Source: Candidatus Electronema aureum | GTDB lineage: Bacteria > Desulfobacterota > Desulfobulbia > Desulfobulbales > Desulfobulbaceae | Assembly: GCA_004284765.1 (NCBI GenBank) | Contig: NQJD01000009.1 | Coordinates: 42,625 to 74,624 of the forward strand | Direction of reading: 5' to 3' | DNA: 32,000 nucleotides | Shown: piece after piece, positions 7,814-15,540 of the stretch | Numbering within the stretch: the stretch's first letter is position 1 | Layout: the number at the start of each line of letters is the position of its first letter | Translations under genes and position numbers: made by a program | The notes under the pieces: generated by a model | Told to the model about the DNA's origin: nothing | Databases searched by the model: none | Seen by the model: the letters and a program-made list of their open reading frames with translations, nothing else

Positions 7814-8503
7814 ATGGCACTGCAACTCAACTTCATCGAACGCATCACCCGCACACCAAAGGCCAACAGCTACCGTTTTAGCCGACCGATAGACTTTTCT
7901 TTTCAGGCCGGACAGTACATGTTGCTCTGGCCGGAAGCAAGCGGCAGTTTGGTACATCCGCTCTCCTTCAGCGATGGGCCGCAGGAGGATTTTCTTGAAT
8001 TCACCAAACGAATGACCGGCTCGGCCTACTGTCAGAGCCTTGAGAGCCTGCGCCCCGGTGATCAAATCACGGCCAAAGGCCCGCTGGGGAGCTTTTCAGC
8101 GGAGGGGATTGCTGGGCAGATTGTTTGCATCGCGGGCGGCATCGGCATCACGCCGATTCGCAGCATTTTAGCTGAATTGGCACATCAACACGACCGCCGC
8201 GCTATTACTCTGATTTACGGCAATGCAGACGAGGAAGATATTGCCTTTGAACAGGAACTCGCCGCACTGAATTTGTTGAATTTCCAAATAGTACATGTCC
8301 TGCAAAAGCCTATTAGCCGCTTACAAGCTCATGCCGGATTCATCAACGCAGAAATCATTCGGGCTGAGGTGCAACAGCTCGAATCCTCAACTTTCCTCAT
8401 CTCTGGCCCACCCGTGATGGTCAAGGCAGTGGAAAGCCAGCTCGCCACGCTCGGCATCAGTCAAGAGCAAATCAGAACAGATCGCTTTCTCGGCTATAGC
8501 TAA
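7814..8503 (+). CDS. FNR-like FAD/NAD(P)-binding oxidoreductase
   Basis: Flavin-binding beta-barrel motifs (SYRFSRPIDFSFQAGQYMLL, HPLSFS, GPLGSF) and an NAD(P)-binding motif (VCIAGGIGITPIRSIL). ATG 7814 is preceded by AAGGAAA; the alternative start is GTG 7775. Confidence 0.75.
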   Translation: MALQLNFIERITRTPKANSYRFSRPIDFSFQAGQYMLLWPEASGSLVHPLSFSDGPQEDFLEFTKRMTGSAYCQSLESLRPGDQITAKGPLGSFSAEGIAGQIVCIAGGIGITPIRSILAELAHQHDRRAITLIYGNADEEDIAFEQELAALNLLNFQIVHVLQKPISRLQAHAGFINAEIIRAEVQQLESSTFLISGPPVMVKAVESQLATLGISQEQIRTDRFLGYS

Positions 8504-8799
8504 GGTTCACGCGCGCGCTCTGGCAGCGGCTTATCTTCCCGTTGTTGGCAGGATTTCTCTGGCAGAGTGATGTTTAATTCCAAAATTTCGCAGTCCTGTT
8601 CTCGATCCAAGGTGATGGAAATATCATCTTGGTTAATATCGACATATTTCTTAATCACCGCCAACAGCTCATCTTGGAGCTGCGGCAGAAACGAAGGCCG
8701 GTCCCGCTGAATCTTGTCCCGGGTAATCAGAATGCTCAACCGTTCCTTGGCCACCTCCGCCGATTTGCGGTTGGCGTTGAAATAGTCAAATAAACCCAT
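8500..8799 (-). CDS. minE: cell division topological specificity factor MinE
   Basis: MGLFDYFNANRKSAEVAKERLSILITRD... and ..DISITLDREQDCEILELNITLPE match the MinE pattern. It directly abuts the minD stop. Confidence 0.9.
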   Translation of the reverse strand: MGLFDYFNANRKSAEVAKERLSILITRDKIQRDRPSFLPQLQDELLAVIKKYVDINQDDISITLDREQDCEILELNITLPEKSCQQREDKPLPERAREP

Positions 8800-9618
8800 T
8801 TAATTGCCCCCGAAGAATTTGCTGAAGATACTCTTCTTTTTCGGGTCGATGAAACGCATCTCAATGTCTTCACCGAGAAAGCGGGCCACGCAGTCCTGAT
8901 AGGCCATCCCTGCGTCGCTATTCCGGTTGGCAATCACTGGTACACCTTGGTTAGAGGCAGTCAGCACTGCTTCAGACTCCGGGATGACTCCCAGCAGCGG
9001 AATAGACAGAATTTCCTGAATATCTTTAACCGAGAGCATTTCTCCACGGCTGACCCGCTCCGGCGAATAACGGGTGAGCAGCAGATGCTCTTTGACCGGG
9101 GTGCGGTTTTCCACCACCCGTTTAGTTTTGCTCGCTAAGAGGCCGAGAATGCGGTCAGAATCGCGCACTGAGGAGATTTCTGGATTCGTGACCACGACAG
9201 CTTCATCGGCAAAATACATCGCCATAAACGCACCGTGTTCAATACCAGCTGGGGAATCACAGACGATGTAATCAAAGGTTTCCTTCAGCTCGTTGAGGAC
9301 AGTCTCTACGCCTTCCATCGTCAGCGATTCCTTGTCCTTGGTCTGTGAAGCAGGCAGAATGTAGAGATTTTCCGTGCGCTTGTCGCGGATCAGGGCTTGA
9401 TTCAGCCGAGCTTCTTTATTGATCACGTTGACAAAATCATAGACCACCCGCCGCTCACAACCCATGATCAAGTCTAAATTTCGTAGGCCGACATCGAAAT
9501 CAACTACAGCGGTCTTGTGGCCTTCTAAGGCCAGTCCCATAGCGAACGCCGCACTGGTGGTGGTTTTACCCACGCCGCCCTTGCCAGAAGTGATGACGAT
9601 TATTTTCGTATTGGTCAA
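8800..9618 (-). CDS. minD: septum site-determining ATPase MinD
   Basis: 272 aa. Deviant Walker A ITSGKGGVGKTTTSAA. C-terminal amphipathic tail KKKSIFSKFFGG. Confidence 0.95.
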   Translation of the reverse strand: MTNTKIIVITSGKGGVGKTTTSAAFAMGLALEGHKTAVVDFDVGLRNLDLIMGCERRVVYDFVNVINKEARLNQALIRDKRTENLYILPASQTKDKESLTMEGVETVLNELKETFDYIVCDSPAGIEHGAFMAMYFADEAVVVTNPEISSVRDSDRILGLLASKTKRVVENRTPVKEHLLLTRYSPERVSRGEMLSVKDIQEILSIPLLGVIPESEAVLTASNQGVPVIANRNSDAGMAYQDCVARFLGEDIEMRFIDPKKKSIFSKFFGGN

Positions 9619-9648
9619 GTTTTATCCTCCAGAAAACAGATTGATTCG

Positions 9649-10404
9649 CTATAAGGCGGTGATGTGCAGCCTGCCGCCGTGCAGGCGGATGTGTACGGCC
9701 TTGGAACGCAAATGGGCCGGAAAATCCTCGCTGACTAAATGAATGCCCGCGATGGAGACGAGTTCTGCCTCTAATCGCTGACAAAAGATGCGGGCCTTGG
9801 GACTACCATTGCAACCGGCAAAAGCACGACCCCGCAAGGTACCATAGACGTGAATGTTGCCCGGAGCGGTAATTTCCGCACCAGAACCCACTGAAGCCAT
9901 CACGGTCAAATCGCCTTGCTCGACCGTAACACTCTGGCCTGAGCGTACCGGTTCGGTGAGGATAAGCGAGGTGTCAGTTGCGGTGGTGGGCTTTTCCTGC
10001 GCTGCTGGCAGCGGGATCAGAACAGGCTCTTCCGCAAAAAATTCTTCCGTTTCCTCGTCTTGCGCTCGTCCACTTGCCCGCGTAGTCAGCACGGCTAATT
10101 CCATCGCCGCCGCTTGGTGTTTCTGCTGCTCAGTGCAGCCGGTGATCCCAACTGGAATGAAGCCCTGCGCCCGCACGATGCTGACCAACATAGCCAAGTC
10201 GATATGCTCTTCTTCGTCCAAATGTTGAAGATTGATCACCACCGGGGCGTTATGAAAGAAATCTGCTGCCTGCCGGACTTTTTCGGCCAGCTGCACTGCT
10301 GCTGCATCCAGATCATTTTTCCGCAGCGACAAGACCAGAATGGTGAAGGACGTTCCTTTGAGATCAAAGGCGGCCTTATTGTCATGTTTAGCAGAATTGG
10401 GCAT
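9649..10404 (-). CDS. minC: septum site-determining protein MinC
   Basis: 251 aa, upstream of minD-minE. The C-terminal beta-helix region (VRSGQSVTVEQGDLTVMASVGSGAEITAPGNIHVYGTLRGRAFAG) is typical of MinC. Confidence 0.85.
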   Translation of the reverse strand: MPNSAKHDNKAAFDLKGTSFTILVLSLRKNDLDAAAVQLAEKVRQAADFFHNAPVVINLQHLDEEEHIDLAMLVSIVRAQGFIPVGITGCTEQQKHQAAAMELAVLTTRASGRAQDEETEEFFAEEPVLIPLPAAQEKPTTATDTSLILTEPVRSGQSVTVEQGDLTVMASVGSGAEITAPGNIHVYGTLRGRAFAGCNGSPKARIFCQRLEAELVSIAGIHLVSEDFPAHLRSKAVHIRLHGGRLHITAL

Positions 10405-10510
10405 GTATGTTGGTTTTTAAATGCGCTCCGCAGCAGAGCCGAATTGCAAGCAATCATCAATGGTTCTTATCCACTATAACCGGTTTCAAAATTACGTCCA
10501 GCCGGAAAAT

Positions 10511-10548
10511 AAAAAAAGCCGCTCCGACTGCCCGGAACGGCTTTTTTT
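10511..10548 (-). terminator. rho-independent terminator, symmetric (A7-hairpin-T7), downstream of the hydrolase gene
   Basis: GCCGCTCCG (10518-10526) pairs with CGGAACGGC (10533-10541): 9 bp with 1 mismatch and a 6-nt loop. A7 lies on the left and T7 on the right, so a U-run follows the hairpin on either strand. It sits 19 nt after the minus-strand stop at 10567. Confidence 0.75.
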
Positions 10549-10566
10549 CCGCTGCCTGCAAGCAGG

Positions 10567-10959
10567 TTAGTTGCGGTAGAACAGATGATCGCCGTATTTG
10601 GCGACATAGGTTTTACTTCCAGCCCATTTTGGGCGGACATCGTGTCGGTGGTAAAAGGTCGCGCCTTTAGTAAAGTCTCTGCTGATCATGGCTTTCATGG
10701 CCGTCTGCATACAGTCCATAAAGACATCTGTTTCCGTGGGCATATAGGATTTCTGGAGAAACGTCCAGCTGAACTGGCGGGGAGCAGTGACCACCTGCTC
10801 AACCGTTTGATTGCCTTGGTTGGCCCGATTCAGAGTGACATGGGCGACAGCAAGCTGACCGATCTGGGGTTCGCTGCGCGCTTCATGATAAATGTTAAGC
10901 GTCAGCCAAAGCAGCCCTTCGAGAAAACTCATAACCTGCACCTCATCTGATGTGTTCAT
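10567..10959 (-). CDS. SleB/Hydrolase_2-family cell wall hydrolase, short form
   Basis: 130 aa. The motifs LNIYHEARSEPQIGQLAVAHVTLNRA, ..QFSW.. and ATFYH.. are characteristic of the cell-wall hydrolase (SleB-like) family. No obvious signal peptide. Confidence 0.7.
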   Translation of the reverse strand: MNTSDEVQVMSFLEGLLWLTLNIYHEARSEPQIGQLAVAHVTLNRANQGNQTVEQVVTAPRQFSWTFLQKSYMPTETDVFMDCMQTAMKAMISRDFTKGATFYHRHDVRPKWAGSKTYVAKYGDHLFYRN

Positions 10960-11212
10960 TATCCATCATCGTCGATCATTATCTGATCACCGTTTGATCA
11001 TCATTTGTCATGATCTGGCGCAGGAATATACTTGCTTTTGAGCAAAAAGCAACGATTATCTTGTTTTTTCGGGCAGCTTCCGTTGGAGTTACATGAGGAT
11101 GCGGGTTTCCCTTTAATGGAACTCCTTGTATGTCAATAAGTTATCTCTTTGCAGATAAAGAGCGTAGGGCAAACTCAGGAACTTGCCCTTGTGGTGAGAG
11201 GCGAGAAACTAT

Positions 11213-11506
11213 CTACAGTTTCTCAAGTTCTGGGGGAAGAGAGGCTTTTTTGGCGTGGTTGCATTCCTTGCAGCAGGGGACAAGGTTGCCTTTGACCGAG
11301 CGACCGCCTAAGGCCAGCGGCACTACATGGTCCATAGTTAGCTCGCTGGACGCAAATTTTTTCTGGCAATAATGACAGAGGCCGGGTGCTGTTTTTTGTT
11401 GCCACCATTGGCTTCGGCGCAAATCTCTGGCCTTGTTGCGCTCGGCACGGATAAAGGATTCGTCCACGCCAAAAATGAAGTTATCAACGTCATCATTCCT
11501 CCTCAT
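11213..11506 (-). CDS. small HNH endonuclease
   Basis: 97 aa. CHYCQKKF..LTMDHVVPLALGG..KGNLVPCCKECNHAKK gives two CxxC pairs plus the His-Asn-His catalytic pattern. Its start overlaps the last 14 nt of folC. Confidence 0.85.
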   Translation of the reverse strand: MRRNDDVDNFIFGVDESFIRAERNKARDLRRSQWWQQKTAPGLCHYCQKKFASSELTMDHVVPLALGGRSVKGNLVPCCKECNHAKKASLPPELEKL

Positions 11507-12827
11507 CGGTCAAGCCTCCAAGCAGCAGCCTGCGGGCCGTGCCGATTAAATAAAGTGAGCCGGAAATGCAAATGAGGTCATCTTGAGTAGCCATTTTTTT
11601 TGCCTGCTCGATAGCCGCCTGAACTGAAGCGGCGCAGGTGGCCTTTGCTTGGAGCGTTTCCGGCAGTACCGCTGCCAGCTGCTCCGGGTGAGCAGCCCGT
11701 TCTGATTCTGCTGCCTTGGTTAAAATGAGAACATCGGCGAGCGGTGCAACTTCGCGCAACGTGGTCTGGATATCTTTATCTGCCATCGCACCCCAGACAA
11801 GCAGCAAGCGTTGGCGAGGAAAATCATTGATCAAGGCTGCTTTGAGTGCAGCCGCGCCTGCCGGGTTATGCGCTCCGTCTAAAAGAAATTGCTGCCCCTG
11901 AGCAGTGCGAAAATACTCCAATCTGCCCGGCCAGCGGGTCTGCGCAAGGCCGCTACGGACATGCTCCTCACTTATTGTCCAGCCTTGCCGTTGGAGCAAT
12001 TGAACAGCGGCTAAGGCCAGCGAACAATTGCTGATCTGGTGTCCGCCTTTCAGCGGCATGGGCAAATTGTGCAGCTCTTGTCTGTCCAACCCGCGATATT
12101 GCCAAACATTGCCGCTGCCACTCCCGTCAAAGTCCCGGCCAAAAAGTAAAAGCGGGGCTTGCCGCTCGGCGCAGGTTTGGTGGATAACTTCACCGGAGTC
12201 ATCATCCGCAACTGCCGAAACCACCGGCACGCCCTGTTTGATGATTCCAGCTTTCTCTGTTGCAATTTTAGCAAGTGTATCACCAAGATACTGCTCGTGA
12301 TCCATGCTCACATTCGTGATGATGGAAACCAGCGGCGTAACTACATTAGTGGCATCTAATCTGCCGCCCATGCCGACTTCCAGCACGGCAAAATCCACCT
12401 CCTGCTCGGCAAACCAGAGCAGAGCCAACGCGGTAGTGCATTCAAAATAGGTGATCTGACGACCGTCCAGCATCGCTTCAATCTTGCTGATCAGGCGGGC
12501 GAAATCCTTTTTACTGATGTACGTGTCGTCGATCTTGAAACGTTCGCGCACCGAGCTGAGATGCGGCGAGGTGTAGAAGCCGGTTTTGTAGCCAGCAGCA
12601 GTGAGCAGCGAATGCAGAGTCGCGCCCACAGAGCCTTTGCCGTTGGTACCTGCAATGTGGATACATTTCAGGCGGGTTTGCGGGTTGCCCAACCGTGCCA
12701 GAAATTGATTCATGGAATCCAGCCCCAGCTTAATTTTGAAAAGCTGGAGTTGATCGAGAAACTGCCAAGCCTGCTGGTAGTCGTCAACGGCGTTCATGTC
12801 ATGTCCTTGGTATTCTCTCGGAAGCAC
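11493..12827 (-). CDS. folC: bifunctional folylpolyglutamate synthase / dihydrofolate synthase
   Basis: 444 aa. P-loop HIAGTNGKGSVGA and Mur-ligase-family middle and C-terminal motifs (..EVGMGGRLDATNV.., ..LLDGAHNPAG..). An alternative start is ATG 12797 (MNAVDDY). Confidence 0.9.
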   Translation of the reverse strand: MLPREYQGHDMNAVDDYQQAWQFLDQLQLFKIKLGLDSMNQFLARLGNPQTRLKCIHIAGTNGKGSVGATLHSLLTAAGYKTGFYTSPHLSSVRERFKIDDTYISKKDFARLISKIEAMLDGRQITYFECTTALALLWFAEQEVDFAVLEVGMGGRLDATNVVTPLVSIITNVSMDHEQYLGDTLAKIATEKAGIIKQGVPVVSAVADDDSGEVIHQTCAERQAPLLLFGRDFDGSGSGNVWQYRGLDRQELHNLPMPLKGGHQISNCSLALAAVQLLQRQGWTISEEHVRSGLAQTRWPGRLEYFRTAQGQQFLLDGAHNPAGAAALKAALINDFPRQRLLLVWGAMADKDIQTTLREVAPLADVLILTKAAESERAAHPEQLAAVLPETLQAKATCAASVQAAIEQAKKMATQDDLICISGSLYLIGTARRLLLGGLTDEEE

Positions 12828-12850
12828 TTGCTTTCTTCCGCCCCAAAGTA

Positions 12851-12877
12851 AAAAAGACCGGCATCTTGCCGGTCTTC
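12851..12877 (-). terminator. rho-independent terminator after the BI-1/YccA gene
   Basis: GACCGGCA (12856-12863) pairs with TGCCGGTC (12867-12874). On the minus strand the hairpin is followed by a T-run (A-run 12851-12855 on + strand). It sits ~28 nt after the stop at 12905. Confidence 0.7.
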
Positions 12878-12904
12878 TGAATTAATCAAGATGCCGCTGC
12901 TCTG

Positions 12905-13609
12905 TTAGTCGCGGAAACGGAGTAACATCAGAAATAGGTTGATAAAGTCAAGATACAGAGCCAGTGCGCCGATAATTGCACCTTTGCGAATAGCTCCTTC
13001 ACCTTGGCCCATGATGCCTTCATCGCCCATCATTTTGATCTTCTGCACGTCATAGGCAGTCAGGCCGACAAAGACAATCACGCCGATCAGAGAAATTGCC
13101 CAGTGCAAGACGGAACTGACCAAGAAGATGTTGACGATAGAAGCGATGAGGATGCCGATCAGACCCATAAACATGAATGAGCCGAGGCCAGAAAGATCGC
13201 GTTTGGTCACCAAGCCATAGACCGACATAGCCCCGAACATAGCCGAAGTGATCAGAAAGGTGCCGACTATGGATGTGCCTGTGTACTTCAGGAAAATCAC
13301 CGACAGGGTTAGGCCGTTCAGAAAGGCGTAGCCAAAAAATAATCCAGTGGCTGTGGCGGGTTGAATCTTATCAATCCGAGCGGAGAGATAAAAAACTAAG
13401 CCCAGCTCGGCGAGTATTAGCACTATGTACAAAGGGGTACTGACAATGCTCTGAGTCAGACCAAAGCTGGCAGCCATGTAGGCGACTAAGCCGGTCATTC
13501 CTAAACCAATCGCCATCCAGTTGAAGACCTTGGCTAAAAAGACCGTTGATGCTTCCTGCCGAGCCTTGGCTGTGGCGGTTACGATGCTGCTTGCGTATTT
13601 TGTTTCCAT
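12905..13609 (-). CDS. Bax inhibitor-1/YccA family inner membrane protein
   Basis: 234 aa with about 7 hydrophobic helices. The start (..FLAKVFNWMAIGLGMTGLVAY) and the end (..GALALYLDFINLFLMLLRF) are typical of the BI-1/YccA family. Confidence 0.85.
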   Translation of the reverse strand: METKYASSIVTATAKARQEASTVFLAKVFNWMAIGLGMTGLVAYMAASFGLTQSIVSTPLYIVLILAELGLVFYLSARIDKIQPATATGLFFGYAFLNGLTLSVIFLKYTGTSIVGTFLITSAMFGAMSVYGLVTKRDLSGLGSFMFMGLIGILIASIVNIFLVSSVLHWAISLIGVIVFVGLTAYDVQKIKMMGDEGIMGQGEGAIRKGAIIGALALYLDFINLFLMLLRFRD

Positions 13610-13724
13610 CTTGTACAGCCCTCCTTGTGAAAATGGGTTGCGGATGATGCGCTTCCGTGTTTTTATCTTCCTTTAATAGTAATCACTCTGTTGGGGCAGG
13701 GCAAGAAATTCAGGAGGGAAGATA

Positions 13725-14486
13725 GTGAAAATCGCAGTCAGCGGTAAAGGCGGAGTGGGTAAAACTACGATCATGGCCCTGCTGGCCGGTGAATTAAGGA
13801 AGCAGGGACGAGAAGTTTTGGTGATTGATGCCGATCCCAGTCCGCACATGGCTCAAACTTTAGGCATCGGCGATACCGATAACGTCAGGCCGATTGCCGA
13901 GATGGGTAAACTGCTGGCTGAACGGGCCGGGAAAAGCCAAGGTTCGCCTTTCTACAATCTTAACCCAGAAGTAAATGATCTGCTGCGAGATTTCATGATT
14001 GAGCAGGACGGTATCCGCTTGATGATCCTTGGCGCGGTACAGACAGCGGAAGGTGGCTGCGCTTGCCCGGAAAATCATGTCCTACGCAAGATGCTCAAAA
14101 AAATGCTGCTCACGGCAAAGGAAGTGGTTTTGGTCGATATGGAGGCTGGAATTGAGCATTTGGGCCGGGGTACAGTAGCCGGAGTTGATTGCTTGCTGAT
14201 CGTGGTTATTCCCTCAAAATCTGGTGTCCGCACCGCCTTGAAGATTAAAAAAATGGCTGATGACGTGCGCATTCCGCAGGTTTATTTTGTCGGCAATTTG
14301 ATTCAGTCCGCTGACGACAGAGCCTTTTTGAGCAAAGAGCTGGGCGAGGAGCCAATTGCTTTTTTCCCGAATTCCAGCGCAGTACGCCAAGCAGAGCGGG
14401 ACGAGCAGCCAGTAATTACGGTCAGCGAGGGACTGGAAGATGCGCCGCGTCTGCTGCTGACAAAATTGCACAGCACTTTTGTTTAA
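13725..14486 (+). CDS. cooC: CooC-family (MinD/ParA-type) P-loop ATPase, putative Ni-insertion accessory protein
   Basis: 253 aa from GTG with a GGAGGG SD. Deviant Walker A VSGKGGVGKTT. CxC metal motif in EGGCACPENHVLRKML, as in CooC. Its stop overlaps the waaF ATG (TAATG). Confidence 0.7.
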   Translation: MKIAVSGKGGVGKTTIMALLAGELRKQGREVLVIDADPSPHMAQTLGIGDTDNVRPIAEMGKLLAERAGKSQGSPFYNLNPEVNDLLRDFMIEQDGIRLMILGAVQTAEGGCACPENHVLRKMLKKMLLTAKEVVLVDMEAGIEHLGRGTVAGVDCLLIVVIPSKSGVRTALKIKKMADDVRIPQVYFVGNLIQSADDRAFLSKELGEEPIAFFPNSSAVRQAERDEQPVITVSEGLEDAPRLLLTKLHSTFV

Positions 14487-15526
14487 TGCCTACAATGTTC
14501 TCTCCTGCGCCCTACAATATTCTCATTCGTTCTACCAACTGGATCGGCGATGCGGTGATGACCACGCCTGCAATACGCACCATCCGCCGCAATTTTCCAA
14601 AGGCCCGCATCACGTTATTGGCTCTCCCTTGGGTGGCGGATGTCTTCACCGCCTGCCCGCATATCGACCGCATTTTCATCTATGATAAACAGGGGCGACA
14701 CCAAGGGCTGCGGGGTAAACTTCGGCTTGCTGCCGAGCTACGAGCGGAGCAATACGACCTTGCTATCCTCCTGCAAAACGCCTTTGAAGCGGCGTTGATC
14801 ACCTTTATAGCTCGCATTCCGACGCGGGCGGGCTACACCACCGACGGCAGAGGCTTGCTGCTGACGCACGGGGTACGGAAGCACCGGGAAATCGCCCAAA
14901 AACATCAGGTGCATTATTATCAAGAGATGCTGGAAGGCTTGAGTCTTCGGCGCGGCCCGGATGAGTTAGAACTCTTTCCTGACCCAACAGCAATACAGGC
15001 GGCAGATGAACTGCTGGCCCAGGCTTTGCAGGGAAAAACAGGGCCGATCATCGGGCTGAATCCTAGTGCGGCCTACGGCCCGGCCAAACGCTGGCCCAGC
15101 GCAAAATATGCCGCTCTTGCAAGAAGAATAGCGGCGGCCACCGGTGGGTTAATCGTAATCTTTGGCACCAAGGCTGATCAGGAGGCAGCGGCTGAGATTA
15201 CCGCCGCAGCTGGGGAGCAGGTTCTCAATTTAACCGGAAGAACCAATCTGTCCCAAGCTATTGCCTGCATCGCCCGCTGCCAAGTCTTTGTGACCAATGA
15301 TTCTGGGCTAATGCACGTCGCCGCCGCTCTGAACACTCCGTTAGTTGCTGTGTTTGGCTCAACTGATCATATCGCCACCGGCCCAGCGAGCGAGCGGGCA
15401 GCAGTCATCCGCCATTCTTTGCCATGCAGCCCTTGCCTGAAAACCCATTGCCCGCAAGGTCATCTGCGCTGCATGGAATTAGTCAGCGTAGATGAGGTGA
15501 AAAAGGCAGCGATGGCATTGCTATAA
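14486..15526 (+). CDS. waaF: lipopolysaccharide heptosyltransferase II (GT9)
   Basis: 346 aa. N-terminus ILIRSTNWIGDAVMTTPAIRTIRRNFP and C-terminal region ..VTNDSGLMHVAAAL.. with ..CSPC....C.. are typical of WaaF/RfaF. Confidence 0.85.
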   Translation: MPTMFSPAPYNILIRSTNWIGDAVMTTPAIRTIRRNFPKARITLLALPWVADVFTACPHIDRIFIYDKQGRHQGLRGKLRLAAELRAEQYDLAILLQNAFEAALITFIARIPTRAGYTTDGRGLLLTHGVRKHREIAQKHQVHYYQEMLEGLSLRRGPDELELFPDPTAIQAADELLAQALQGKTGPIIGLNPSAAYGPAKRWPSAKYAALARRIAAATGGLIVIFGTKADQEAAAEITAAAGEQVLNLTGRTNLSQAIACIARCQVFVTNDSGLMHVAAALNTPLVAVFGSTDHIATGPASERAAVIRHSLPCSPCLKTHCPQGHLRCMELVSVDEVKKAAMALL

Positions 15527-15540
15527 CCAGTCAATATTCC

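Noticed and set aside
10467-10475. Single near-consensus DnaA box TTATCCACT upstream of minC
   Set aside because: It is an isolated 8/9 match with no neighbouring boxes or AT-rich element, which is expected by chance in 32 kb. It is not treated as an origin or regulatory site.
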